A DNA stretch of 64,000 nucleotides from Podarcis gaigeae (taxonomy: Eukaryota): NCBI GenBank assembly GCA_964106915.2, contig OZ066921.1. One strand, 5' to 3'. Shown here one piece after another: positions 49,451-64,000 of this stretch. The notes beneath the pieces are model-generated. The model saw only the letters and a program-made list of their open reading frames with translations. It was not told the DNA's origin and made no database searches. How positions within the stretch are numbered: position 1 is the first letter of the stretch; each line of letters starts with the position of its first letter. The position numbers and the translations under genes are program-made.

Positions 49451-51180
49451 AACCAAAACTTCTCCATTTTAGACCTGTTGAATTTTCTGATTCTATCATA
49501 TCCTTCACGTATGGACAGAATCTCCCCCACTCACCTCCTCCTATTTAACCTCCAACATTGCTTTTAGGTGAGATTCTTTGACAAATCTGCTTCAGTGATT
49601 TGCACAGGAGAGCAGTCCTCTTGCTCAGAAAAAAAAAATGCAGAGGCAATTTCTTCTATGAAATAAAGAGTTGCTGATAACACCTTGCAGGACCTCATCA
49701 GTTGTTTTGCCTAATTATCATAGAATTATTAAATCGGTTGTCAGCAGCTAAAACATTGCTTTTCTTCTAGTATGGATTTTCCCCTGAAGTGCACTGAATT
49801 AGCTTTCTTGTTCTCTAATACAAAAGAACACAAAATCTATACTCTAATTTATGAGCAATGGATAACAATAATAAGACTTACTTGTTATTTATAAAGAGGC
49901 ATTGTGTCTCTAGGCCAAAAAGTTCTTTTGCAGCTGTAGTCATTTTACCCCCAGAGATGTCAATTCAAGATTGCACTTAAGCATAGTTTATTAGTCCAAT
50001 TCCCTACCTAAACGTCAGAGAATTTTCATGTGAAAGAGCACACCCACGGCATGGCAATATTACCATGTGTTTCCTAACTCTTTGTTGATGCTCACAATGA
50101 CAGATATTCAGCCCTCCAACCAACGCTTCCGATTCATTCATTCCTGGACATAATGGGAGTCTTCAGCAACATCAAAGACTTAATGGTATTATCCTTGTGA
50201 TGCCTTTTATCACACTGCTGAGAATGACCTAATTAATTGTACTGCCTAAGAGAGTTTGAATTTGGCTAGTTTTACTAGAATCTCAGCATGCAGAACAGCA
50301 AGACAGAGAAATGTGGCTTAGCCCCACTAAATGTGGGCCAATTTACATCGGTGTGGCGGATCTCCTACCTTTCTAATATAGTAGATAAACATTCCCATAC
50401 AAATGCTTCTTTATGCCTTTGATTTTCTTGATGACCTTAATATGTCTTGCTGCCATAATGTAAGGAAGTACCCAGCATAAATGCATCTATTAGTTCTGTA
50501 GTATCATTCTCAGAGGTATATACATTTAAATATGTTTTAATAGTGTAAACATTTATTGCGCTTAACTGCACAGACCATCAAGCTCCTGAATAGTTTGGAT
50601 CCAACTCAATATAAAGTTAGGTACATTTATTTCTCTCTGAAATTTAGTTTTTCACACCAATGGGGCTGACATCTAATGTTATGGGGACTAATGTTATGTT
50701 TGGTTGGATCTTGGATTGTCAGTAAGTAGCTCATAAGTCTCAAGGTGGGGCTAGATATTATTCTATATCCTAAAGAATCATCTGAAAACTGGTTTCAGAA
50801 AACCACAGAGGACAGAGATCACTGCATAAACTCAAGCCCAGGTCCTGAAGCAAGGCTGGGTTCAAATTAGAAGGGATTGCCTCTCACTGGGAAATGTACA
50901 GCATAAGGGGAGGTGGTATCTGTTTTAAATTGATTTATACATGCAGTTTGGTTGTTCCAATCCAAAGACATTTGCCTACAACCAACTACCTCTTGCATCA
51001 AGCCATTTGTGCACAACAGTGAAAAAAACCCCACCAACTAATTATACACATTTTTTATTCAAAAATACACATTGCATATTATACCTATAACATGCATAAA
51101 AGCCTAAAGTTCTGTGTAGTATATTTCTGCAACATAATTTTGTAAGTATTAATCATATTTGTATTCATGAATATGCAATA

Positions 51181-51422
51181 CAGTGGTACCTCAGGTTAAG
51201 TACTTAATTCATTCTGGAGGTCCGTACTTAACCTGAAACTGTTCTTAACCTGAAGCACCACTTTACCTAATGGGGCCTCCTGCTGCTGCTGCACCGTCAG
51301 AGCACGATTTCTGTTCTCATCCTGAAGCAAAGTTCTTAACCTGAAGCACTATTTCTGGGATAGTGGAGTCTGTAACCTGAAGCGTATGTAACCTGAAACA
51401 TATGTAACCTGAGGTACCACTG
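51181..51422. mobile_element. Tigger-like MITE, copy 3 (opposite orientation)
   Basis: TA|CAGTGGTACCTCAGGTTA...TAACCTGAGGTACCACTG|TA. Confidence 0.9.
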
Positions 51423-51590
51423 TATTATAATATCTGTTTATGTGTTGGCTACTTTAGGAAATCTGGAGTGCATCAATGTATAACGTGGTTGGAGATGTGA
51501 GAACTGTGAGAACAAGATGCTGGACTAGATGGGCCTTGCACTCATAGAAACATAAAGGTGTAGAGTTGGAAGGGGCCCAAGGACCATCTA

Positions 51591-52300
51591 TTTTTTTAAA
51601 AAAAAAATATTTTTATTAATTTTAAGAAATACAGAAAAAAGAATAAAGGATAGTTATAAGAAAATAGAATAGAAGAATAACAAATTTCCATGTTCTTTTT
51701 CCATCCAATCTAAAGGACTTCCCCACATCCTCCAAACCCTGCGTTCTCTGTCATATAAAACATCAGCAATTTGTTAACTTATTTCAAAACTTATTGTATC
51801 TTCTATTTTATCATGTTCCCTGATTTCAATTTTACTATAACCCAATTCTTGTATGCTTTGTATTAAACACAATAAAGTTATTTCATTATTTTACCTCTAA
51901 ATTCTTGTGTCTTAATTTTCATTTCATTAACTTACATTTGCTGAAGCTAGAGTTTCCTGAAAGGTGCATTTTTTTAACATTCATACAGCTTATAGTGTTT
52001 TTTCAAATAGTCCTTAAACTTTTTCCAGTCCTCCTCAATTGTTTCTTCTCCCAAGTCTCGAATTCTGCCAGTCATTTCAGCCAATTCCATATAGTCCATC
52101 AACTGTGATTGCCATTCCTCCAGCGTGGGTAAATCTTGTGTCTTCCAATATTTTGCAATCAGGATCCTTGCTGCTGTGGTAGCGTACATAAAAAAGGTTC
52201 TGTCCTTCTTAAGCACTCTCTGGTCTACCATGCCCAGAAGGAAGGCCTCTGGTTTCTTAGGTAAGGTAAATCTCAGTACCTTTTTTAGTTCATTATGGAT
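51591..52300 (-). mobile_element. 5'-truncated L1-type LINE 3' end (ORF2 C-terminus plus 3' UTR)
   Basis: ELKKVLRFTLPKKPEAFLLG..YATTAARILIAKYWK..EEDWKKFKDYLKKHYKLYEC*. T-rich tail at 51591. TSD-like G(A/T)CCATCTA at 51582-51590 and 52304-52312. Confidence 0.88.
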
Positions 52301-54539
52301 CTAGTCCATCTAGTCCAGGATCCTGTTCTCATAGTGGTCAACCAGATTGGGGTTGTTCCTGTGAGATTTGTGGTTTGAGTTCACTGTGAAAAGAAAAATT
52401 GCAGTTGAATATGAATATGCATATGTGACTGAAGAAGACAGATGCTCCATCTTAAATCTATGTGACACATTGCAGCCAGGTACGCAGGCTTCAGAAGGGA
52501 AGAAGGTTCTTCTTTGTGTTCACATTTCCAGCTCCAGCTGCAGTGATTTTCAGTAAAAGAAAAGGGTACTTAGAAGCAGGAAACTTAACACTGTCCTCTT
52601 CTATCGAGTCCTGATTTAGGGCAGATTTTTAGTATTGCGTACAACAGATGAGTTAACATTTCTGTGATAAGAGTATCAATAAGAGAAAGGAAACCTTTGG
52701 GCTTCTAGTTGATCCAGCTGTTGGACTACAGTGTCCATCAACCCTGACAAGTGGCTAAAGAGCGAGGATAGGTAATATAACTGTGAAGGAGGTTTCATGC
52801 GGTGAATCTCAATCCAAAAATTAATGAAAGGGACCATCTTTCTATAAATTTATCTTAATGTTAGTTCTTAGCCAGTATATCAGGGTGGGTGATTTGTTTG
52901 TTTTCCATCTAATTACTGTAGATCTGTGTTCCTCACTTCAGACTAAGATACAGTGTCTGAGAATTTAGAGTTTAAATGCAATTTAATAGCTCCATCCAGT
53001 GTTTGCTAATGGCATATTCTTATCAACAAATGTAACATGAGGAAGGGTAGGGGTGGGAAAATGAACTTGACCATGAAAAGAAGCAGCTTCATATATTTAG
53101 TTGCTGGGAGGTGCAGGGGACTCAAATGAAATGAGGTATCTATTGATCTGACTGCATACAAAGTCACACAGCAGAGATAGAGAATTTAATCATGGCACCA
53201 TTCTTTGGAATACGATTAAGCTCCAAATGCTTAGAAGTATCGATCTCCCTACAATATCCATATTTAAGCTGTACCGGCAAACATATAATTCCCTCTGATT
53301 TACAATCCCCTATCACATTTGCTTCAATGCACCCTCTATTCTCTAGTCATCGTGTTCAGTGCTATAAACCCTTTGCAAGGGTGTTTTGGGGTTTCTTGCA
53401 TACTGAATTTTGTGCTTTCCAAGTCAAAACACAGCTGGCATCTTTAAAATAATTTTATTTGGCAAATCATCAACTTCTGATCATTGAAAAGTAAATAAAA
53501 TGAGCATTAACCTAATAAGACCAATAAAACAACCAAGTAATCAAATTCATATTAAGAGATGGGAATGATTCAGAATTCTGTTTACAGAGTTACCATGGCT
53601 GAAAAGACATAATTTTCACATACTAGGGGACTGGTCTCTTTCTAAGGCAGGGTAGGGGGATGGGAACCCTTTGAGCCAGAAGGCCATACTTACTTTATTG
53701 CCAATCTTCTGAGGCTGGATGCCAGGGGTAGGAAAGGTGAAATTTAAGCGGAGCAATGAATGTGCAGCACATGATATTCTGGTCATACAAATGTTAGGAG
53801 GCTTCTAAGTGCAAACTCATATGAATCTCTTGAGGAGGGTGCCAAGCAGATGGCCCCTCATTGACAAATGGAGTGTTCTGAGAGCAAAATGGAGGCTACA
53901 GCAACATCCCCCCCCCTTAGGCTTCTACCATGGGCTGTGTCCCAAGCTTAACCATGCCAGATATGATTATGCACAGCTTTGTACCAGACTGGACATGAGA
54001 ACATAAGCTCTCCTGTGTCAGGCCAAAGGCTCATCTAGTCCAATATCCTACTTTCAAAGTGGTCCTCCAGATGCTTATTGGAAGCCCATAAGCAGGATGT
54101 GAGTGTAATGGCACTCTCCTCACTTGGGACTTCCAGCAACTGGTTTTCAGACAAGGGATGGTTGGATCCATCCATCAATTTCAGTTCTCTCAGTTTCTCA
54201 TTTTTGCAATCATATATACTGGTCTCCACAATTTTGCTGCAATTCCCAGTTTTTTTAAAAAATTAAAAGTGCTCATGAAAGTATGTCAGCATTTTATTGC
54301 AAATTCATACTAATAAACCCATTTTTGTATGCATTTTTGCCTAATATACATTTTGTTTAAAGCATCTTTCCATACTGTAATAAGTCCTTGGATGTCATTT
54401 GCACTAATGCCTGCATTTTTAGGCACACTTTAGCGAGCACTTTTATATGCATTACTTGGCTGGGGAATTGCACTACAAAATTCAGAGATGTATGAATTTT
54501 GAAGGATGACTGTGTTTTGGTTTCGTATATTGCCTTATA

Positions 54540-54765
54540 CAGCGGTACCTCGGGTTACATACGCTTCAGGTTATAGACTCTGCAAACCCAGAAATAGTGC
54601 TTCAGGTTAAGAACTTTACTTCAGGATGAGAACAGAAATCGTGCTCCAGCGACGCAGCAGCAGCGGGAGGCCCCATTAGCTAAAGTGGTGCTTCAGGTTA
54701 AGAACAGTTTCAAGTTAAGTACGGACCTCCGGAACGAATTAAGTACTTAACCCGAGGTACCACTG
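54540..54765. mobile_element. Tigger-like MITE, copy 4, nested in the AT-rich element, itself inside a CR1 3' UTR
   Basis: TA|CAGCGGTACCTCGGGTTA...TAACCCGAGGTACCACTG|TA. Confidence 0.9.
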
Positions 54766-57464
54766 TAATGTGTAAATATGGAAGGTTCATTGTTACAGGT
54801 GAACATAATCAAATTTCCCCCTCATTCCTAGTTCAGCATCATTTCCCCTCTGACAGTGGAGGTAGAATACAGCCATTGTAGCTCATATCCACTGGTAGCC
54901 TTTTCCTCCATGAATTTGTCTATACTCCATTTGAAGCAATCCAAGTTAGTAGCCATCACTTACTACATATTGTGGAAGTGAATTCTGTAGATTAACCACA
55001 GCAGAGGTACTTTATTTTGTCTGTCCTTAATCTTCCAACAACTGATTCTTTACAATTCAGCCTATGATCAATGAAGTAGTCCATCTTCCTGCCACTCGGG
55101 GGCTCTAACTATTCACTTTGGAGTCAGCTTTACTGTTTTCATTTTTAAGGGAGGGGTATTTGAATTCCCATGAATGGAAACAAAAATCTCAACACAAAAT
55201 AAATTGCACCCATCAGCTTTAGTCTGTCTCCAGAAGTTCCCATTCTGTTAAAGATGAATAAGAGCAAATGAAGTCATGATGAACTTTCTCAAATAGTGGA
55301 ATTCTGTATAGTTGAGACTATGCTTGTGTGTGTGTGTGGAATATGAGCTTTAATTATCCAAGTATCAAATTTTAAATATCTGATTTGACCAATTATGAAT
55401 ATGCATTACAAGCTGTGATACTGCAAAGTTCCAATTAGTTTGTGTTTGAAATTCAAATTCTTTCAAAATAATTTTTACATTCTGTACTAAATAATCATAA
55501 CAGAATTATCAAAGCCATCAATAGCAAATGTTAAAGGTGTTGCCAATGAATGGGAACATCAAATTATCAATGTGACATACTTGTCACCTGAAACCAACTA
55601 GCTTTACATGGGCCTCTGAGTTATCAAAGTTATTTTAAAAAATCAAATGTTATATTAAACAACAGATTAACATATCAAACAAATTTTAATACAAGAAAAT
55701 AACCATCTCTCCTCCACAAGCATGACCCACATCTAATTTAAATCATTTCTTTAAAGAAAATGAAATTATACTCAAGAAACGAAGCATACAAACTGATCTT
55801 ATGCATGCATTCAGGAGCAAATACCACAGGCTTCAATTTGGCTTCTACCCTATAGAATCATAGAATAACAGAACAATAGAGTTGGAAGAGACCCTTAGGG
55901 TTACCTAGTCCAACTCCCTGCAATGCAACACCTCAAGTTAATCATGCATAGAATTGAACGCTATGTGCATAAGGTGTCTTGGACCATACTTGGATACAAC
56001 AGTAGAGACAGGCCCATGGCCAAATGTGTCCTCCAAAACTTTTTGTCTGGCTCTCAGGATTCTCCCTATGCCACATGCCCTTGCTGCAGCAGCTTCCCAG
56101 CATTTTAGACACAGAGTCTTTCCCACTTATAACTGGAGGTGCTAGGAATTCAACATGGGACCTTCCACATGCAAAATAGATGCTATTCAACTGAGCCAAA
56201 GCCCTTCGCCATAAGGATGTTGAATTTCTCAATAGATCTGAACCTGGAACTTTCTGCTTGCAAAGCAGATCCTCTTTAAGATGGGTCCATCCCTACACAG
56301 TCACCTGAACCAGTGCACAGTTTCAGCATGGGACTTTCAGCATCCAATATACAGTATACCATTAGCCTGTAAACCTTCTCTATATTTCTTCAAACTAATA
56401 AAATTAGACCACATTATTCTCATCAGTGCTTTTTTTCTAGAAAAAGGAGTGCTGGAACTCACCATGAACACCTCCCTCTTTCTCTCAGAATGGCAATGGC
56501 GCCCACCTGAGAGGTGCCAGAACTGAATTCCAGTGAGTTCCAGCTGAAAAGGCTGCTGGAAAATGCACACCTTCTACATAGACCAAGTGCAGTATGTCTT
56601 GCTGAATCTGAGACTTGGTTACTGGATGTGTCTGTCATCTGTTATGACAGATGGCAATTGGATGTGACACCTTGCACAATAGGCCATCATTCAACACAAT
56701 TTAAGAAGGGAATTTCACACAAAATGTAGGCGTTCTAAGAAGCCATTTGTTCAAATGGGAGCTGCCATGAGTTCTTGATCTAGTGAATTGTACTGCCCAG
56801 GCCACCGTGTGCTTGCCACGCACAGCAGCTCTTTTCTGGACTTCAGAGTGGAGGTTATTTTCTGCCTTTGGGGCTGTGGATGAAAAGTATGCCTTGATAT
56901 AATAACCTAGGCAGCTCTCCTAAAATCCATGGTGATTGATCCTCTGAGAGATCAATACTAGTTCAACAGAACTGATGAAACTTCCAGACAGCACCTGAGC
57001 TGAGATGACTCCATTGAAATATTATTTAGAGCTGAGCTACACTCAATATTCTCTACTTTTGCTCTTTGGATGGAAACTGAAGATGCATGCTCAATCATTT
57101 GCCTCCCCCCCCCCCAAAGCATTTAGATTGTGTAGACATTCACTTAAAAAGAAAAAATCTTGTTCAGTTTCATTCTTCTCCTGGCTCCTGGATGCCTTTT
57201 CCTCCTTCCTGGATTGAATACTCAGCTGATCCCACCCAGATAGGGATCACAGAAAATGTGGTGATGCTCTAACACTGTGTAGCGCTGTTTAGCAGGAATG
57301 GATGCATCAGGGATGGGGAGCCCTTGAACATCAAGATGCTGCTATACTCCAGCTCCCATCATCACTGACCATTGGGCTCTGGTGGCTAGGGCTGATGAGA
57401 GTTGGAGTCCAGCAAAATTTAGAGGGCCACAGGTTAGCCACCCCTGTCCTACCTGATAGCTCAA

Positions 57465-57683
57465 TATAGCTGTCAACATTCAGATTTGAAAATAAGGGAT
57501 CAGCAGCCTCGAAAATAAGGGATCAGCAGTCTCACCTGTCCCGGGGAGCCTCAAAAATAAGGAATCAGCAGCCTCACCTGTCCCAGGGACAGTCTACAGA
57601 AAATCTGACAATCCAGGATAGCAGCAGGAAGCAGCGTTGGAATAAGGGAATTTCCCACAAAAAAGGGAAGGTTGGCAGCTATG
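57465..57683. mobile_element. hAT-type MITE with internal AAAATAAGGGATCAGCAG repeats
   Basis: TIR (T/C)ATAGCTG(T/C)CAAC and 8-bp TSD TAGCTCA(A/C) at 57457-57464 and 57684-57691. Confidence 0.8.
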
Positions 57684-60600
57684 TAGCTCACCATCTTAAA
57701 GGGAGAATTACATGAGTTAAATTTGCAGCCTCACTAACTGGAAATACAAACAAAAGTTTGCATGGGACTGCAAGAATATCGGTCCTTTCTAGTATAAGGA
57801 AAAGTTTAAAAATCCCCTCCCCCATTTTGCTCCCTTTCTTCTGAAAACATTGATTCAGGACACCCTACAGGTAGAAATAATTATTTTGTTACCTGATGAC
57901 TCTTCAAGTATTCCACGACAAAAGAGATATTTTAGAAACAGCAAGACTAATGCTTTCAGATGGGAACAAGTCTATCAATAAAGGTCAGTGTGACAATGTG
58001 ATTTATTGAAAGACTCTGCTGCTCCAAGCTGTTAGTATTTCAACATTCCATAATACATGGCAGAAATTTGTTTATTTGTATTTAAGTTCCCTGCTGAACC
58101 CTTGTTCAAATTCAAAAAATATTTCATTATTTATTGCTGCTTTTAGAGATGTGGGAGGTGACATTATTCAGCTTTCATAACTATTCCTAACTGGTATAGA
58201 GCAGTGAGGACCCGTAAGGGGGCAGGGGGAATAAATTAGCTAATAAAATAGCTACTTGACTAAATGCTTCGTCCAACAGCCTAAGAGTAAAAGAACAGTG
58301 TTTTAATCAGAAAAGCTAATCCCTCCATGAAATATTTCAATGCACAAAGGGTTGAATTGCACAAAAGGGTATGAACTGAGAGTTAAGGAGTGATGCCACA
58401 TAGATCAGGGACTGGAGGCTAGTGAGGCAAGGCACATTGGCACAATACAATTATTTTACTATGATTTCATTGATTTTATTGCATCGGTCAGAAATGTTGC
58501 TAGCAATTTAATGAATCAACTTAATAAAGATAGCAATAAATGAATATTGTAAATTTATGATGCCAATGCACTTGAACACGTCACAGATAAAACGTCCCTG
58601 TCCAGAAGAGTTTACATTTTAAATCTATTAATATCAGGCCATCGGTGACTTGTGCTGCCTGATGAAGAAGAAACTGCTAATTTCAACTTGTTGTGTTTGC
58701 TCTACAGAAGAAAGCAGCTTTTGAGTCTTTGGTTAGTGATTTACTCAGTCCTTCAGCAAGTGCAGCATCATGATAGAGGGCAATGTGTGAAGTCCTTACA
58801 TCCCTGAGTAACTCATATTGGCTTTTCTTTGACACTGAAGCAGAGGGTGCAAGGAAGGTGACTTTCATTAAAAGCCAAGTGCTGCACTGGAACTCCAAAT
58901 TATGTAGGAGATAAGAGTTCGATAGAGAGGCTGCCTTGGTTTGCTGTTAATTATAGGATTGTTCAAAGTTCCAAAGCTATCTGATTACATTAATTTATCA
59001 AAATCTTTCTGCTCCCTAATTAAAACATAAACATGTAGTGTGTGTAATTCAAGTTGTGGGTTTTAAAAAAACCAAGCTGCTGAGGTCTCATTTCCCATCC
59101 ATTCTGTGTTCAAACATTAGCTACTTTCTGCAATTCCTTACATGTTGCGGTATTTATTTTGCATATTATTTAAAGCACTTCTGTGCTGCCCTTCTTGCAT
59201 CATGAAACTCAGTACAGTGTGCATAAGAAAAGCCTTGCTTGATCTGGCGAAAGACCCATCTAGTCCAGTGTCCTGTATTTGGAAGCAGACTGTCTTGGAC
59301 ACTGAAGATAGCACACAAAACCATCATGGGTGGGAGCTATTAATGCTCCATTAATTTGCTTAATTTTAATAATAGCTTAATGTGGCAGAACCTACACGTT
59401 GGAACTCCCTCCCTATTGATATCAAGGCAGGTGCTTTCACTGTATTCTTTTTAGTGCCTGCTGAAAACATTCTTGTTTGGAAAAGGCTGCCCAGATGTTT
59501 AGAAATGCTGTTGTGAATTTTAATCTGTTTTGGTATTATGACTTCTTGTATGTTTTAATGTATTGGATCCCTCTGCCCCAATTTTATGCTTTTATTTTGT
59601 GTTTGTTTTTACAATCATGCAGTATATAAATTTTATGAAATAAATAAATGTATAACATAAAAAAGTGGATTGCATGGGCTTCCCACTTCCTAGGGCAGGT
59701 GGGCAACCTCAGTCCTGGGGGGAAATGTGGTCCTCCAGGTCTCTCTAACTGGCCATTAGGACTCTATTCAGGCCATAACATCCCACCCTAAGCCAAATTC
59801 TGACTGGTGCTGCTCCACACTGTTCTGAGTGTACAAAGGTAAGAATCACATCTATTGCTCTGTTCACTTTTACTTGCAGCTCTGTGCATCACTGGCACGA
59901 GACCTCCAAAAGGTTGCCCATTAGGCAATGTAGGCCTTGGACTGCAAAATGTTTCAGTCTTGTCACCCATCCAAGCATGAGCCAGGCTTTGACCTTCTTA
60001 ACTTTAGCAAAGTGGCTGCATCACACAGCCTCATATAAAACCCTGAAACAGATGCAGGGTTGTATTGCAACCAGTAACATCTGCAGACAGTGTTAGAGTT
60101 GATGCAAGTGGAATCCTTGATCTGCAACTTGTGCAGAGTAGAAATGAATTTGCTTTCCACCACCAGAATGAGTTTCAAAGCTTTACTAGAAACAGTCTTA
60201 AAATAGTTACAAATAAACGTTACAAAATACAAAATAACACATTGCTCTTTAACAAGCAAGCAATGCAGTCCATTCCTCTTGTAAGTCCTTATGGCAGTTT
60301 CCTGTCTCTGGTTCCAGATAATGACTCTTGCTTGCCTGGATGGAGGATAATAGAGAGGGCTGTGTGAGTGTGTGTAGAGTGCTGAATAAATATAACATTT
60401 ACATGTGTTGCTCCACTGAGTTTTGTTTCTGGGCCCACACACCACTGGCACACAGCCCTCAGAAGGTTTCTGAGAAGGGAGGGCAGCCTTCAAGTTAAAA
60501 AATGTTCCCCACCTCTGTGATACAAGTGTCATAATCAAGCATGCCGCCCTTGGGATGGCATTCCACTGTTGGGGTGCCACCACAGAGAAGGTCCTCTTTT

Positions 60601-63600
60601 TTGTACATGTACAATGCACCATGACTACCAACAGAGCATGGGAAAGGGCATCTTCTAAGGAGTGGTTCCACAGTTTCAATGGGTCTACCAACTTGGTTGA
60701 ATATGCCCTGAATTTAAATAAAGAATCTTAATGCTTAGGCATGTCAATTTAATGGAAAGTTACCCAATTTGCACTTCCTGAGCAGTATTTCATGAACTGA
60801 AATACTGAAATTCACACTTTTCTAAATTTTGTGTTGCAATTCTCCAAACAAAGACTGCAGATAAATATGTGCATCTTAGTGAAAATAACACAAAAATGCA
60901 TTCTGTTAGGAGAATATTTTTCCTTTTAAAATACATATGCTAGGCAAAGTTGCTAGGGAAAAAATAATTTATTAGAAGAAATGTGCACAAAACAGAATTT
61001 GAATTTTCATACAGATCTGCTCACCTCAAAAAGATTGCAAATATATGTGGAAAGTGCATAACTTAAATACTTAAATAGGGAAGACTGGGAAACTGAAATT
61101 GATAGATTTGTCCATTCCTGCTCCCCTGTGGCTCACTGTTGGGCATTCGTTATGTCAGGAGCATAGCGCCTCTTTTATTTCTTAAGGATTTTAACCCACT
61201 ACTATATATATATAGTATATATATAGTATACTATATATATTAGCAGCAGCAACTGTGTTGGCAGCCTGATCACCATTTTGAATCATTTCACAATGCCTCA
61301 GAGTTGGCACAATCCTGGAGCATACAGGGAAGGTAGAGGAATGACAACCACCACTAAAATAGTGGAGGAAATTCCACAGAGTGCTGTTCTTTTTCTCCTT
61401 CCTTTTTTTTGCTGGATGGGTGGGCAGCAAAGAGAAAGGAAAAAATAGAAATCAGGAAAATGTCTTCTGAGAAAATTCTGTTCAGCTTTAGTCCAAACAG
61501 TGCATTCTAGCAGAGAAGGAGCATCGACAACAATAATAACTTCATGTTACACGCTGGATTAATTGTCTCAAGTGCATAGGTTTGGGATAAGCAGTGCCTG
61601 ATTCCTGAAAGGCAGCAAAAGGATCAGTGGTGCTTTTTCAGTTCAGTGAGCCGCTTCTCTGATACCCCCCTTTTTTTCCCTCCCCAGCAATTCGCCTTTC
61701 AAAGCAAAAGTCTTAATCCCAGTTTCTGCAGTCTATCATCATATGTAAGCCCTCCATATGTCTAACTGGCACTACAGTGGATAATTCTCAGTGAATAATT
61801 CATCAGACAAACTCAGCTTTTGTTTTGGCTTTTTGGTTTTATTCCCCTGCTGGTAGCCTAAACCCTCCAAAAGGCCAGAGTTGCTTAACACAGTAGTGCT
61901 TGGTTTTTATTTTTGGTGGCTAACACTTTTTCTGTGGAACTTGCAGATAAGTTAGACCAAAGTGTCTACCAATTGCTTTTTATTAATTTATTAAGAATCA
62001 TTCAAAAACAATCTCAAAATTCATATAAAACATGCAATGAGCAGAGAGAAATTCATCCACACAGTTTTCAAGTCCCAGTAGATAGCTTTAAGTGAAAGTA
62101 CAGGCTCTTTCTAGACATGTTTACTCAGAAGTAAATTTGAATTCTTGACTTTTAGATCAGCAGAATTGTAGTGTCCAGATCATTCCATTCCATTGCAATC
62201 AGGAGAGGCTGAAGGTGTTGGACGCATATCTGGAAATAGTGATGGGCTTGATGAGGAATAATAACCTGAGGCTGAATAAGGCAGATGTGGGATGGGTGGA
62301 TCCTGAGTCCTGGAATTAGTTGTTCAACTGTTATTGGAGAGGCTACACTCCCCCTTAAGGAACAGGTTCATAGTCTTGTTTCGTATAAGGCAGCTTCCTA
62401 GGTTCCTATGAAACTTTTTTAAGAAGGAGCATTTCTCCAATACGTCTGCTTCAGGAGCTGGTGAAAACAGACTATTGCAAAGTGAACATCAGGCAGAGAA
62501 AAGCCTTAAGTATTAGTAGGTAAGCTATCGACGTGGCCCTAGGACTGGTTCAAGTACACAAAATTACCTTCATGTTCAGCTATCGGTGAAGTGTTAGAGG
62601 ATATGCCAGCCTCATTACAGGTCAACCAACACACCTGTTCACCTTTTGTATAAAAGTATCTATCAGTCTGAAACAGCACTCAGCACGTGTAGCTGCAGAG
62701 ACTGAAAGTTGGACTGAAAGCTGCAAGTGCCTCTCCCACATTGTCATGTTGCAAAAACTGAAACTGATCCCACAAAACTGAACCAGGTGGTGTGTTGGAC
62801 CATGGTATTCTAGTAATTGTGAAGATCAGAAATTTTATACCTTCCTATTCCATAAATAGCCCAGGGCTTCAAAAAGATTGTAAGCTGTGTCCACTGAAAG
62901 ATCCCCCTGAGCATTCAGGAATACTCTGAATTCCATATGTCTCAGCATGTAGACCATATATATGGGTTCACCATCCCATAAGAGGTTATTGACACCAGGA
63001 AATGATCTGCCCATTATAACTGAGTTATCTCAATCCCCCTCTTATATGCAAAGTATTCTTCACACACCACTGGGGCAGAGACCAAATCAAGGATGTGTCC
63101 CACTCTATGTATTGAATGGATGTCGAACTGAGATAGCCTGGTAGTTAATTTGGAGGCCAGGAAGTCCCAAACTGCCCCCTTCAGAGTGATTTTGGTATGG
63201 ATGCTGAAATCCCTCTTGGGACTAACTCCGTCAGGGGGTCTTTTATTTTATTTTATTGGTTCCCTAATCAAGCTTTGAATTTGCTCATTAGCAACCCAGT
63301 GGGACAGATGGTAAAGTGTGCTCAGTGATTAATAGCCACAGATGCAATATTAATAATTCATCATAGGTCATTCATTTTAACCCAAAGCTTTGCTACCGGC
63401 TCTGATCCTCTATTAGGATACTGCGATATATATTTTGATAGCTTCATATAACTGATCGACAAATGGCATATATGCATAAGGATTCTTATCGTGTTGTCAA
63501 TGCACAAATTCAAATCTGAGTAGAGGAAATAATTAGCATTGGTCTAGGAATTGGCCAGGTAGACCAGCTGGAGCCAAATGTTAGCAGCTGCTGGGCAGCA

Positions 63601-64000
63601 GGGTGGGTGGTACACCAGCAGCTTCCCCAATCTGTTTCTTTGGCCCAACATCTGATGCAGACCCTCATAGCCTCCACTCCAAAGTGAGAGGTTTTCACAT
63701 GAGAAAAACAGAACATTTCTGAGGTGCAGCAAGTTCAGTAACTTCCAACCCTCTGGCCTGGACTGATGCTTTATAGAGTACCTGGATAGACACAGCTGGG
63801 TGAGATCCACCCTACCCAGCTTACCCACCTAGGTCTTGGTGATACACGTCAGGTTTGAACCCTCCTCCAAAATAAAATTGTGGATAAGTGAAGTGTTATA
63901 TACCAACCAGGTGTTCAATAACAGCACCACCAGTGTGAAAGACTATGGGGCATATCTATCAGGCAGAGATAAGGAGAGAAGATCTGAAGAGGGGATGGTC

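Noticed and set aside
58683-58898. 71-aa ORF that looks vaguely protein-like (also 35282-35518)
   Set aside because: No recognisable family and no clear flanking splice sites; length is within chance expectation.
59963-60691. 242-aa minus-strand ORF, the longest outside the main TEs
   Set aside because: Chance read-through of an L2 remnant (RTFSVVAPQQWNAIP) into a decayed hAT MITE and unique DNA; non-ATG start.

Overview
Eukaryotic, repeat-rich, non-coding DNA from a squamate reptile, most likely a lacertid-type lizard (inferred from Sauria SINEs, Squam3-like SINEs, a BovB tail and L2/CR1/L1 LINEs). I found no convincing host protein-coding exon, so this looks like a large intron or gene desert; every recognisable ORF is transposon-derived. 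The main structure is a four-level nest at about 14.26-23.05 kb. An old CR1 is split by a Chapaev3 DNA transposon (CACTG termini, TTA target-site duplication, TSD). That transposon carries (i) a solo LTR whose 5' end is replaced by telomeric repeats and (ii) a 6-kb L1 with a duplicated 5' monomer and an in-frame deletion of the whole RT domain. The L1 in turn contains a solo LTR with an uninterrupted 194-aa ORF. The best candidate for something undescribed is a pair of independent, related L1-type 3' fragments (7.9 kb and 51.6 kb). Both sit at the same nucleotide (CATCTA^GTCC) of the conserved CR1 3'-tail motif, which suggests a sequence-specific LINE lineage that targets other retroelements. 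Family names come from motif recognition, not database searches.
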